NCBI GenBank assembly: GCA_963765765.1
Contig: CAVXYC010000015.1
Span: forward strand, 480,001 to 544,000
Direction: 5' to 3'
Length of the DNA: 64,000 nt
Source of the DNA: an uncultured Chloroflexia bacterium
GTDB taxonomy: Bacteria; Chloroflexota; UBA6077; JACCZL01
In this document: one piece after another, positions 9,884-19,672 of the stretch
Layout of the letters: each line of letters opens with the position of its first letter
Numbering within the stretch: position 1 is the first letter of the stretch
The notes under the pieces: model-generated
The model's input: the letters and a program-made list of their open reading frames with translations, nothing else
What the model was told of the DNA's origin: nothing
Databases searched by the model: none
Made by a program: the position numbers and the translations under genes

Positions 9884-11719
9884 GTGAACTTCGGCGCTCA
9901 ACCCTTCGTGCTGGTGTATCCACTAGCGGCTATCGTCGCGTTGAGTGTGGCTCTCATCTCCACTCCCATCGTTTCCAAGTTGGCCGTGAGGCTCGGGGTG
10001 GTCGCGTATCCACAACGCGATCGATGGCACCAGGTGGTGACTCCACTTCTCGGTGGGGTCGCTATCTTTCTGGCCACGGTGCCGGTTTTCGTGTTGTTGC
10101 CACAGCCCAATCAGCCGGATATATTCGATCGCTTTGGTGGGCTGTTGGTCGGCGCCACGATCATGTTCTTCGTGGGACTTTACGACGATCTTCGAGGGCT
10201 GCCACCCTATGGAAAGATGCTTGCCCAGGTCGTCGCCGCCTGCGCATTGATCATTGGCGGATTGCCGCTGAATGAGATTCCGCTGCCCTTGCTGGTCGTC
10301 CCACTCAGCATTTTCTGGATCGTCGGCGTTACCAACGCGTTCAATCTGCTGGACAACATGGACGGACTTTCCGCAGGCATCGCCATGGTCGTTGCCCTCA
10401 CACTTGCTGGATACAACCATCTGCAGGGAGACCGGCAAATGGCGATGCTGTGTCTTGTGATTGCCGGGTCAACCGCCGGCTTCCTGGTGTTTAACTTCAA
10501 TCCGGCCAGGATCTTCATGGGGGACTCAGGTAGCTTGCTGCTCGGGTTTCTCCTGAGCGGAATCGTGGTGCTAGGCGCCAGTAAGGCGACAACCGAGCTC
10601 ATTGCTGCTCTCCTCATCCCCGTCGCGGTGATGGCGCTGCCGATCCTGGACACATCGCTGGTAACGGTGATGCGCGCGCTCAACGGCCGTCCGATCTCTC
10701 AGGGCGGGCGGGATCATCTATCACACCGTCTGGTGGCGTTGGGGCTGAGTGAGCGCAACGCGGTGTTGCTCCTCTGGGGCGTGAGCGCGTCAGCCGGCGT
10801 CCTCGTGCTGAGCTCACGCTTCATCGGCGGATGGACCGCTCTTTCCATCGGCGTTATGCTAGCCCTGGGTATCCTTTTTTTAGGAATCTACCTCGCGCAA
10901 GTGCGCATCTATACCCAGAAGGACTACGAGGAGATGGCGTCGGACCCCGGCCTCGTGGGCAAGCTGGTGCTCAGTGGCACGCTGCTCTACAAGCGCCAGG
11001 TCGCGGAGATGATGCTCGATCTCACGCTCATCTGCGTCTCACTTCTCGGGGCATATCTATTCCGATTTGACGGCGTTCTCGAGAAGCGATTCGTGGAGCA
11101 ATTCGTCGGTATCTTGCCGTACGTCGTGGCCGTAAAGCTCTCCGCGCTGTTCTTCCTTGGAAACTATCGCACCGTCTGGCGCTATCTTGGGCGTACTGAT
11201 CTCCTGCGTATGGTCGGGGCCAGCATTTTGGGCTCGGCCGTGAGCGCGGCAATTATTTTTGTGGTCTTCCGCGACGCAGGATTTCCTCGCTATGTGGTGC
11301 TCGGCGATTTACTCATATTCACGTCGCTGATCATCGGCGCGCGTGTTGTCTTCGTTTCAATTCCTGAGCTCATAGGTCGATTCCATCCGCGGGAGACCGT
11401 TCGTGTGGTCATCGTAGGAGCCGGGGACATTGGCGAGCTCGTCCTACGAGCTATTCGGCGTCACCCAACCAAGCCGTATCGAGTGGTGGGTTTCCTTGAT
11501 CGGGATGAATCCAAGGTCGATCGGGCCATTCAGGGTGTGCGCGTGCTCGGCTCCATGGAAAAGCTTGAAGATGTTGTGGCGCGTGAGCACGTCCAGGAGA
11601 TCGTTGTGGCGGGACCCGCCAGAGAACAGGAAGCACTGGCTGCTCGGTGTCGCCGCATGGGCGTGCCGATGTGGGACGCCGGATCATTCATACAAAATCA
11701 GCTCGAAGCGAACCCGTAG
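9884..11719 (+). CDS. MraY/WecA(TagO)-family phosphoglycosyltransferase fused to a CapD-N-like TM region and CoA-binding (Rossmann) domain
   Basis: GLYDD, NAFNLLDNMDGL, NFNPARIFMGDSG, DHLSHRL; C-terminal VVIVGAGDIGE...VVGFLD. Confidence 0.9.
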   Translation: MNFGAQPFVLVYPLAAIVALSVALISTPIVSKLAVRLGVVAYPQRDRWHQVVTPLLGGVAIFLATVPVFVLLPQPNQPDIFDRFGGLLVGATIMFFVGLYDDLRGLPPYGKMLAQVVAACALIIGGLPLNEIPLPLLVVPLSIFWIVGVTNAFNLLDNMDGLSAGIAMVVALTLAGYNHLQGDRQMAMLCLVIAGSTAGFLVFNFNPARIFMGDSGSLLLGFLLSGIVVLGASKATTELIAALLIPVAVMALPILDTSLVTVMRALNGRPISQGGRDHLSHRLVALGLSERNAVLLLWGVSASAGVLVLSSRFIGGWTALSIGVMLALGILFLGIYLAQVRIYTQKDYEEMASDPGLVGKLVLSGTLLYKRQVAEMMLDLTLICVSLLGAYLFRFDGVLEKRFVEQFVGILPYVVAVKLSALFFLGNYRTVWRYLGRTDLLRMVGASILGSAVSAAIIFVVFRDAGFPRYVVLGDLLIFTSLIIGARVVFVSIPELIGRFHPRETVRVVIVGAGDIGELVLRAIRRHPTKPYRVVGFLDRDESKVDRAIQGVRVLGSMEKLEDVVAREHVQEIVVAGPAREQEALAARCRRMGVPMWDAGSFIQNQLEANP

Positions 11720-11732
11720 AGGTAGGAAAGCG

Positions 11733-12719
11733 ATGAAGGTACTGGTCACCGGTGGCGCGGGGTTCATCGGGTCGCACCTAGTGGAGGCGCTGCTCGCCCA
11801 TGGCGATGCCGTAACGGTCATCGATGACTGCTCCACGGGCTCACTGGATAATGCGCGTCTGCATGACGGGAAACCAAACTATCAATTCGTCCAGGGGACG
11901 GTGCTGGATCGACCTCTGTTCGAGAGTCTAGCCGCGGACGCGGACCACATCTATCACCTCGCGGCGGCGGTTGGCGTGCGCTGGGTCATCGATAATCCAC
12001 TGCAATCGATCATCACCAATGTGCGTGGAACTGAGACTGTGCTGGAGACAGCGGAGAGGACTGGCGCCCGGGTGCTCATCGCTTCGACATCCGAGGCCTA
12101 TGGAAAAAACGATTCGGACATGCTCAGCGAGGACGATGACCGCATTCTGGGCTCCACCCGCGTGACGCGCTGGCTTTATGCCGCGACCAAAAGCCTGGAT
12201 GAATGCCTCGCCTTTGCCTACTGGCAGGAGAAGCAGCTTCCGGTGGTCATTGTGCGGTTCTTCAATACGATCGGTCCACGCCAGACGGGTCGTTACGGGA
12301 TGGTTGTCCCGCGCTTCGTGGAGCAGGCGCTGAGGAATCAGCCGATCACTGTCTACGGCGATGGGGAACAGACCCGCTGCTTTACCGACGTGCGCGATGT
12401 CGTCCGTGCCATCACCGCGTTAATGAGCTCAGATCGTGCGCTCGGAGAGGTATTCAACGTTGGGCAGTCGAGTGAGATCAGCATCCACGATCTCGCGCTC
12501 CGGATTCGCGAGCTAGCCGAAAGCACCTCCGAGATCGCGTTGGTGCCGTACGACCAGGCATTCACGGGCGGCGGATTCGAGGACATGCGTCGGCGCGTGC
12601 CGAATGTTGAGAAGCTCCGCGGCGTGGTCGGTTTTTCACCAGCGATCCCGCTCGATGAGACGCTACGCCATATCGTGGAGGAGCGTCGGAGTAACCTGGC
12701 AGCCACAAACCCGGTCTGA
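11733..12719 (+). CDS. NAD-dependent epimerase/dehydratase (extended SDR)
   Basis: TGGAGFIGSH, YAATK, RFFNTIGPRQ. Confidence 0.94.
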   Translation: MKVLVTGGAGFIGSHLVEALLAHGDAVTVIDDCSTGSLDNARLHDGKPNYQFVQGTVLDRPLFESLAADADHIYHLAAAVGVRWVIDNPLQSIITNVRGTETVLETAERTGARVLIASTSEAYGKNDSDMLSEDDDRILGSTRVTRWLYAATKSLDECLAFAYWQEKQLPVVIVRFFNTIGPRQTGRYGMVVPRFVEQALRNQPITVYGDGEQTRCFTDVRDVVRAITALMSSDRALGEVFNVGQSSEISIHDLALRIRELAESTSEIALVPYDQAFTGGGFEDMRRRVPNVEKLRGVVGFSPAIPLDETLRHIVEERRSNLAATNPV

Positions 12720-13151
12720 TGTTACTTCGCAGGTTTGCACTCTACTGGCTGCCGATCGTGATCTGGATGGCCGTCATTCTCGGGCTCTCGTCGCAGTCGA
12801 ACCTTCCGGCCCGCACCGATCTGAACACCGGTGAGAGAATCGGTACGACGTACTCACTCGCCAAAACATGGCACGTCATCGAGTACGCCGCGCTGGGAGT
12901 TCTCATATTTCGTGCGGCGCATAGTACCGGTGGTGGGCTTGGGCTTCGCCCCCGGGCGTGCGGCGCTGCTCTCCGCGGCCGTATGTCTCGCATTCGCTGG
13001 ACTTGACGAGCTGCGGCAATCTTTTGTTCCACGTCGCGAAGCGTCGATAAGCGACGTTCTTCTGGACGGTAGCGCCGCGACCATCGCGGTGATCGCGTGC
13101 GTGCTCTGGCTCCAGTCGCGTGGCCGGCTCCGAGCAACCCGACCTGGTTGA
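12719..13151 (+). CDS. VanZ family protein (frameshift near 12955)
   Basis: WLPIVIWMAVI...HVIEYAALG in one frame; DELRQSFVPRREASISDVLLD in the next. Confidence 0.8.
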
Positions 13152-13161
13152 GCAGTCCTGA

Positions 13162-13577
13162 ATGATTGCCTGGCTATTGGCCTTCCTCTGGATGGCGGTC
13201 ATTCTCTACACCTCGTCGCTCGGCCAGGCGGTCACACCTGTCCAGGGCGCAATGCAGACGTTAGTCTCCAAGCTGGGTCACGTGACTGAATACGCCATCC
13301 TAGGAGGCCTGCTTGCCCTCGCGGTGCGACGCGAAGTTCCGGCTCCTGGAGGCCGATTCGATACGTGCTAGTTGCCGCGTTGATCGGCGGAACGTTTGCC
13401 GCGTTTGACGAGCTGCGTCAGTCTTTCGTGCCAGGACGAGAGCCGCGGGTCACCGACGTGCTTCTGGATCTTGCAAGCGTCACTGCGGGGGCGCTCGTCG
13501 CCACGTGGCGACAGCCGATGGTTGTTGATCCGTCAGTGGCAGCTTCGGCGGAGGAAACAGAAGAGCCATCACCCTGA
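13162..13577 (+). CDS. VanZ family protein (frameshift near 13350)
   Basis: KLGHVTEYAILG followed by FDELRQSFVPGREPRVTDVLLD. Confidence 0.8.
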
Positions 13578-13636
13578 TCCCCTGGAGGTCAGGGTGATGG
13601 CCCTTCGACCATTTGAATGCCTCTGACAAAGAGGGG

Positions 13637-14340
13637 CTACTTCGTCTCCTCGATCGTCACAGACTCGATCTTCACTTCATTCTGCGGCTTGGAGCGCTCC
13701 CCAGTGCTCGATGCACCTACCGGTACGCCGGCAATAGCATCCAGCGTCTCCAGACCCTGAGTGACCTGGCCAAAGACCGTGTAATTCTTCGGGAGCCGAC
13801 TCTTAAGGTCCGTGTGGCAGATGAAGAACTGGCTGCCCTGCGTGTTGGGGCCGGCGTTGGCCATGGCTAACGTGCCTCGCTCGTAGCTCTGTGGAGTGTT
13901 GAGCTCATCGGAGAATTTGTAGCCCGGGGCCGCCCATGCCCGGTGCCGGTAGGATCCCCAGTTTGAATCATGAAGTCTTTGATGATTCGGTGAAAGACCA
14001 CACCGTCGTAAAAGTTCTCACGCGCGAGAAACACAAAGTTGTTCACGGTGTTTGGCGCGTCCTTCGAGAACAAGTCCGCCTTCATTTCACCTTGCGACGT
14101 CTTAATGGTGGCGGTGTACTTGGCGTTCGGATCCAGCGCGAGTGCTGGGGGTGATGACCACTGCTTTGACACTGCTTGTGCTCCAGGTGATGCGGCTGGT
14201 TTTGCCGCCGCGGATGTTGCTGCCGATGTCGCCGCCACGGGCGGCGTCGTAGGTTTTGCCGGAGGTGCGGTCGGCGCGGATTGGCATGCCGCTCCAAGCG
14301 AGGCCGTGAGGCCAAGGGCGATAAAGGATCTCCGGTTCAT
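13637..14340 (-). CDS. Cyclophilin-type peptidyl-prolyl isomerase, Tat/lipoprotein signal (frameshifts near 13870-13940)
   Basis: MNRRSFIALGLTASLGAAC signal; FYDGVVFHRIIKDFMIQTGDPTGTG; MANAGPNTQGSQFFI; YTVFGQV. Confidence 0.9.
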
Positions 14341-14341
14341 A

Positions 14342-15049
14342 TTAAATGGAGCGATTGATGGTGCTCCTAGCCTCCTTAGGGGCAATTGCTTGTTGGATAG
14401 CCTCGAGAAATGCCGCTTCCGGCTGAGCGCCCGTGAACTCCACTCGATCATTGATGACGATCTTGGGGACCGACATGACCTGGTACTTGCTTGAGAGCTC
14501 CGGGAACTCCGAGGCGTCAATCGCGTCAGCCGTGATGTGCTCATTGACCATTGCCATCGTGTGGGCCAACCTGGCCGCTTTGGGGCAGTATGGTCAAGTC
14601 GGTGTGCTGAATACCTGAATATGGACCGGTTCCGTAATCGCACTGAGAGCCGATTTCGTCTCGTCGGTCAAATTCACCGAGCCCGCGGAAACGTCCACGA
14701 TATCAGCAATCAGCGTAGAGAACTCATAGCCCGACGGCGCTCCTAGAAAGCGCACGACTCCGGCGTTGGTGCCGTGTAAGAGCACCGCGGGTACCTCTGT
14801 CACGCCGGCCTGAGCAGCCGCATCGGGCTCAGCCTGGATGTCATGTACTTCAACCTGCAGAAGGCTCGTGAGCTCGGCAAGCTCACGGATGAGGGCCTCA
14901 GTTTCGGGCCCACTTCCTGACTCCTGCCGTCCGGGAACAAAGAGTAGGGATGGCTTCTTGGAGAAGACTTCGATGCGCACTTCGGATGCGAGATCTCGAT
15001 CGAAGATCTCGCGAATCTGTTGACGTTCACGTTCAGGGATCATCGGCAT
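14342..15049 (-). CDS. Thioredoxin-fold protein disulfide oxidoreductase (PDO/AhpF-N-like), selenoprotein with UPYC motif
   Basis: ORFs 14594-15076 and 14342-14569 are in the same frame, separated only by TGA at 14594-14596, giving FSTPT-U-PYCPKAARLAH. GAPSGYEFSTLI and SVPKIVIN are PDO motifs. Confidence 0.88.
14545..14596 (-). promoter_or_regulatory. Putative bacterial SECIS element
   Basis: Hairpin starting at the UGA: TGACCAT/ATGGTCA, TGCC/GGCA, and apical GGCC-AGGTT-GGCC. Confidence 0.65.
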
Positions 15050-15476
15050 GAGTAACTCCGGGGCTGCTACCGGCACGTGGGGCGCGTCAGTAGATATTAC
15101 TGACGCCTACTGCAGGGAGGATACCAGGGGAGCAACGGACAGCGCGAGATTGGGCGTACTCGCACCCACATGTCCGACGAGCCCGGCGCGGGAACGCTGC
15201 CATCTTGTCGGCCGGCCGCCAAAGGGGCGCTCACGGCCGTAACGGCCACCGGACTGAGGGAATCTGCGAGGCGGCCTTTAGGGGCCCGAGCCAACAGGAT
15301 GTCGGTGGTCCCACACCGCGCTCGTCGAGCACTCGCTGGCTGCGTGGCCATTTTCGCCCCGCTCGGGGCGACACCATCTAGGAGGTCCAGCCGTTTCATG
15401 AGGGTGAGCACAACCACAAGCCAACCGACGTCTTCCTTCGGTGCGTGGATTTTGGGCCCACGGCCCGCCAGGCATT

Positions 15477-15485
15477 TGCTACAAT
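15477..15485 (+). promoter_or_regulatory. Possible extended -10 promoter element
   Basis: TGCTACAAT about 60 nt upstream of ATG 15547. Confidence 0.35.
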
Positions 15486-15546
15486 CTGACACGGGACCTC
15501 GAGCGGCACTTTTCGGAGGCGATTGAGGCACAAGGTGCAAGGTGAG

Positions 15547-15810
15547 ATGAACAAAGAATCGTTGACCAACCTGGCAGAGGGCGGCGTCAACGGACTGAAA
15601 TCCTACTCGCCCGTCCAGTTGTTTTTCCTGATGCGTTTGTCCTATCTGCAGCGGCAACGTCGGGAATGTATCAACGTGATTGATTCGCAGGACTGGCGAA
15701 TGCGCGTGCTCAATAAGGCGCTCTACTCTACATTCCAGGACTGCGAGCGAGAGGGAGTCGGTGGCGAAGCCAAGACCCTTCTTCAGCAACAGCCACCCCA
15801 GGCAAACTAG
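15547..15810 (+). CDS. Small hypothetical protein
   Basis: 87-aa helical-looking ORF (YSPVQLFFL..RL...DWRMRVLNKALYSTFQDC) with an upstream AAGGTGAG RBS. Confidence 0.65.
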   Translation: MNKESLTNLAEGGVNGLKSYSPVQLFFLMRLSYLQRQRRECINVIDSQDWRMRVLNKALYSTFQDCEREGVGGEAKTLLQQQPPQAN

Positions 15811-15969
15811 GCTCGCCGCGGGAACGCCTTTTCTGAACATACTATGCCCGCATGATCCCGGCGTCTGGCCGGGATCGCTGCGTTTGATCGTCCGCTCCTC
15901 TCCATTTCCTGTGCTCCAGCATCGGCCGCTGCGTCCCTCACACCCGATCCCGATTGATGTTGCGGTCGC

Positions 15970-16521
15970 ATGCAGGATTTGATCGCGTGGTGGACGACTG
16001 AATCCCGAGTCGAGTTTCTCTGGGCGATCACGCGGGGAATCATATTTTTGATTCTGGCCTGGCAGTTAGCCAGACTTGCGCGGCATTCGTTCGAGCGCTC
16101 GGCGGCGCGCACATCAGCCGATGCCAGTCTGAGCATCCTGGTTGGGCGCATCATTTACCTGATTGTCGTCGGGCTCGGTGTCCTCACCGCCTTAGATGTG
16201 CTCGGCGTACCGCTCAGCTCGGTTGTGGCGACCCTTGGCATCGTCGGCATCGCCGTAAGTTTGGCGATGCAGGACATACTCAAGAGCTTTTTCGCCGGAC
16301 TCTACTTGCTGTTTGAGCGACCCTTCCGCATTGGTGACGAGATTCAGCTCAAGGATTTTGTCGGACGCGTCGAGAACATCAACTATCGTACGACGGTCAT
16401 TCTCACCGCGGACGGAGTTCGGGTGCTGATTCCCAATGCCACGCTGATGGCGGAAGTGGTGCTGAATCGAGGAGTCACTGGAAAGCAGGAATCCACTTTG
16501 ACGCCAGGCTCTAAGCTCTGA
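15970..16521 (+). CDS. Small-conductance mechanosensitive channel (MscS family, short)
   Basis: GIVGIAVSLAMQDILKSFFAGLYLLFERPFRIGDEI...G.VENINYRTT...IPN. Confidence 0.9.
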   Translation: MQDLIAWWTTESRVEFLWAITRGIIFLILAWQLARLARHSFERSAARTSADASLSILVGRIIYLIVVGLGVLTALDVLGVPLSSVVATLGIVGIAVSLAMQDILKSFFAGLYLLFERPFRIGDEIQLKDFVGRVENINYRTTVILTADGVRVLIPNATLMAEVVLNRGVTGKQESTLTPGSKL

Positions 16522-16582
16522 CGACTGCTGCCACAAGACCTTGCTTTCCCCCGACATGCTATTGTCGAGCCTCTGACGGTCC

Positions 16583-17839
16583 ATGACAGATTTAATGACT
16601 GCTCCTCAACATGGGAATGGAATGGTTCAACTTTCCATTGTGATTCCCGCTTACCACGAAGAACGTGGGATCGCGGATATCTTGGAGCGAATTCTCGCTC
16701 AAGTTCCGTCACTCGCTGCCGTTGGTGCGAGGAACGTCGAAGTGATCGTCGTGGACGATGGCTCACGCGACGGCACGTCGCTTGAGGTGGCGAAATTCCC
16801 AACCGTGCGGTTGCTCCGCCACCCAACCAACTATGGATATGGAGCAGCCCTTAAGACTGGTTTCGGCGCCGCGCAGGGCGAATGGCTGGCGTTCCTCGAT
16901 GCCGACGGAACCTATCCGCCCGAGGCGTTTGCGGAGCTCTACTCCCGGGCGAACGGCGATGACGCCGATATAGTGATCGGCTCACGGATGCTCGGCCACG
17001 ATAGCGAGATGCCGCTGATTCGCCGGGTTGGAAATACCATCTTCGCCGCATTGCTGAGTGTCATTGCCAGACGAAGGATCTCGGATAGCGCTTCGGGAAT
17101 GCGCGTCTTCAAGCACAGCATTCTCGAAGAGATTTATCCATTGCCGGATGGGCTGGATTTCACTCCGGCGATGAGTACGAGGGCGATACACGAAGGACTC
17201 ACAATGGTGGAGTCGCCCATCTCATACAAGGAGCGCGTGGGGGCATCGAAGCTCAATCCGTTTTCGGATGGATTCCGCTTTCTTCGCTCAATTCTCTGGA
17301 CGGCCACGCTCTACAACCCATTGGGAACGTTTGGGGTGATCGGTGCCATGATGCTCGCGCTCGCCTTCATTCTCGGTATTCCACCCACGCTCTACTATCT
17401 CCAGCACCATGCGCTTCAAGAAGACTCTATTTATCGGCTCTTTGCCGTGCTCATCCTGACCGTGGCGGGAGCAAACGTCTTAGCCTTCGGCCTGACCTGT
17501 CGCACGGTTGTCGGCATCATTCCTTCACGCCGAAGAGCTCAAGGCTTGCCCTTGCGACGCTGGCGCGGCGCACTGGCGGGCGCCGGCATAATCATGGTGT
17601 TGGTTGGGCTCCTTCTGATGGCACCCGCGATCGTGGAGTGGCTCCGTACACGGCAGATCACGTCGCACTGGTCGTATTTTGCTGCCGGTGGCACGCTTGT
17701 TCTCACGGGATTGCAGCTCAGCACCTGGTTCGTACTCATCGTTATCCTCTCCGAGCTTTCGCAACGAGAGGTCCAGACGATCCGTGACCTACGACGCGAA
17801 ACCACCTCTACTCCTGCGTCCGCACCAACGGTGCGCTGA
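16583..17839 (+). CDS. Glycosyltransferase family 2 (DPM synthase-like) with C-terminal TM domain
   Basis: SIVIPAYHEE, VVDDGSRD, FLDADGTYP. Confidence 0.92.
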   Translation: MTDLMTAPQHGNGMVQLSIVIPAYHEERGIADILERILAQVPSLAAVGARNVEVIVVDDGSRDGTSLEVAKFPTVRLLRHPTNYGYGAALKTGFGAAQGEWLAFLDADGTYPPEAFAELYSRANGDDADIVIGSRMLGHDSEMPLIRRVGNTIFAALLSVIARRRISDSASGMRVFKHSILEEIYPLPDGLDFTPAMSTRAIHEGLTMVESPISYKERVGASKLNPFSDGFRFLRSILWTATLYNPLGTFGVIGAMMLALAFILGIPPTLYYLQHHALQEDSIYRLFAVLILTVAGANVLAFGLTCRTVVGIIPSRRRAQGLPLRRWRGALAGAGIIMVLVGLLLMAPAIVEWLRTRQITSHWSYFAAGGTLVLTGLQLSTWFVLIVILSELSQREVQTIRDLRRETTSTPASAPTVR

Positions 17840-17911
17840 GCTTTTCCAACGCTGCCCAATGCCGTTGGCACATTCTCTGCGCCTTTCAGCAATGGAACGG
17901 AGGTGCAGCTC

Positions 17912-18184
17912 ATGACGCAACAACAGTGGGTCAAGGATGACGGTAAAGAACCGGAGCATGCGCATCCTGCGCAGGTTCACAGTCACGATCACTATCACAT
18001 CACGCACCATCACAAGAGCGGTGTCATCGGTGGTTGGGATCATCGAACGTCCTGGCACAGCCATGAGCACAATCATGCTCAGCTCCGACACAGCCACGAT
18101 GGATCATTTGACGACGAAGTAGCGGATCATGAAAGCGAAGCCCACGTCCACGATCACGCGGCGCCTTCGAATTCACCGAATTAG
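17912..18184 (+). CDS. Small histidine-rich protein
   Basis: GGAGGT RBS; 20 His in 90 aa, mostly in HxH patterns. Confidence 0.8.
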   Translation: MTQQQWVKDDGKEPEHAHPAQVHSHDHYHITHHHKSGVIGGWDHRTSWHSHEHNHAQLRHSHDGSFDDEVADHESEAHVHDHAAPSNSPN

Positions 18185-18235
18185 TCGTTAATTCGCCGGG
18201 TGCAGCCTGGGTCTCAGGGAATCACAGCATCGCCA

Positions 18236-19672
18236 CTACGTTGGGGACGCTGCAATCGATGATGGCGCGCGGCCAGATGGTTCTTCCTGCCGCCACAGCC
18301 GCACGCCCCGCGTCGCCAGTCCAGCAACCCCAGCTCCAACCAGCACATTGATCATCGGATCCAGAGGATATCGGTAGCGCCACTCGATTCCCACGAGGGC
18401 CGCTGCCGCGAAGATTTGCCCGAGTATGAGGATGGCGAGCAGCAGCGGCCAGCGTCGATGCGTGCCGGACGGTGGCATGATCGTGCCGAGCATTGCGAGA
18501 CCGACTACTACCGGCCACCATCGCGCTGGATCGTAGATTGAGATGATTCGCTCCGCGTTAGCAAACTCAGCATCCTGGAGCGGCGTGGCGCGCGGCAGAA
18601 GATGGGCGATTCTTTCGTCCCAGATTATTCCCCTCCACGGGACCCAGTCCTGACGTAGCCTGGCCGGTCGCCCCGAGAGGATGTCCCAGAACATGCCCAC
18701 GGTCCCGCTCAGAAAGTAGACCGGCTGTCGACGGATAGCTTCCACGGCGATCTGTCGCATCAGACTGTCAGCGGCGGCGGGGCTGATGTTCAGTTCGTTC
18801 CGGAGTCTGCCCGCTAGCTCAAAGGCTGAGCCGTCCCCGGCCTCATCTCGGTAGATTCGCCTTGCTGAGCGAATAAGCCCCGACTCGGATGGGTCTGTGG
18901 CTCGGAAATCAAATTCTTGCTCGTATCGGATCGTGCGAACGGCGATGCCCTCACCCATGCCTCCCGCAATCGTGAAGCTCCCCTGCACAATGACATTGCG
19001 AAGCATCCAGGGTATCACGAGAATTGCGAAGGCCATGATCATCGATGTCACCAGACGCAGGGCCTTCTTCCTGTCATGCCAGTAGCGCCAGAGTAACCAG
19101 ATGGCGAACAACGGTAGGACAAGCTGCGCGATGGGCCGGGTCAATGCGGCAAGTGCCAACATACACCCCGAAGCCGCTGCCAGCCGCCAGGATCCGCCCC
19201 GCTCGGCGAGCATGAACATCATCACCGCCAGCAGCAAAGTGACACTGAAAAGGGTCTCGCTCATCAGGTAGTGCTCGGTCAGGATGAGTGGACCGCTGAC
19301 CGCGGAAAGCGCACCGGCAACGCAGGCCCCGAGTGTGCCCGCGACGAGGAACCCCAGGATGAATGTTAGGGCCACGATAGCCAGACCAAGCGCGTGCTGT
19401 ACCGTGGCGATAGCCTGCGGATCTTCGCCGAAGAGCCACAGAATCTTGGCCACGAGTAGCGGATAGAGCGGAGGACGCTTGAAAAGCGGAAAGAAACCTT
19501 CGCCGTGAATCAGCTCCCAGGCCGGCAACACGTAGCTCAGGCTGTCGTTAACGACGAAGAGCGGCGCACGAAGCGCGAACGCCAGGCGAGCAGTGCTTGC
19601 CAGAAGCAGGACGGCGACGAGGCAGAGTGAGTCTCGTTGTCGCCAAACGTGAACCCGCGGAGCAGTTACCAC
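18236..19672 (-). CDS. GT-C fold membrane glycosyltransferase (ArnT/PMT_2-like)
   Basis: NDSLSY, KRPPLYP, LMSETLF, ALTRP, PWMLRN, RYRYP; multiple TM segments. Confidence 0.82.
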   Translation of the reverse strand: MVTAPRVHVWRQRDSLCLVAVLLLASTARLAFALRAPLFVVNDSLSYVLPAWELIHGEGFFPLFKRPPLYPLLVAKILWLFGEDPQAIATVQHALGLAIVALTFILGFLVAGTLGACVAGALSAVSGPLILTEHYLMSETLFSVTLLLAVMMFMLAERGGSWRLAAASGCMLALAALTRPIAQLVLPLFAIWLLWRYWHDRKKALRLVTSMIMAFAILVIPWMLRNVIVQGSFTIAGGMGEGIAVRTIRYEQEFDFRATDPSESGLIRSARRIYRDEAGDGSAFELAGRLRNELNISPAAADSLMRQIAVEAIRRQPVYFLSGTVGMFWDILSGRPARLRQDWVPWRGIIWDERIAHLLPRATPLQDAEFANAERIISIYDPARWWPVVVGLAMLGTIMPPSGTHRRWPLLLAILILGQIFAAAALVGIEWRYRYPLDPMINVLVGAGVAGLATRGVRLWRQEEPSGRAPSSIAASPT

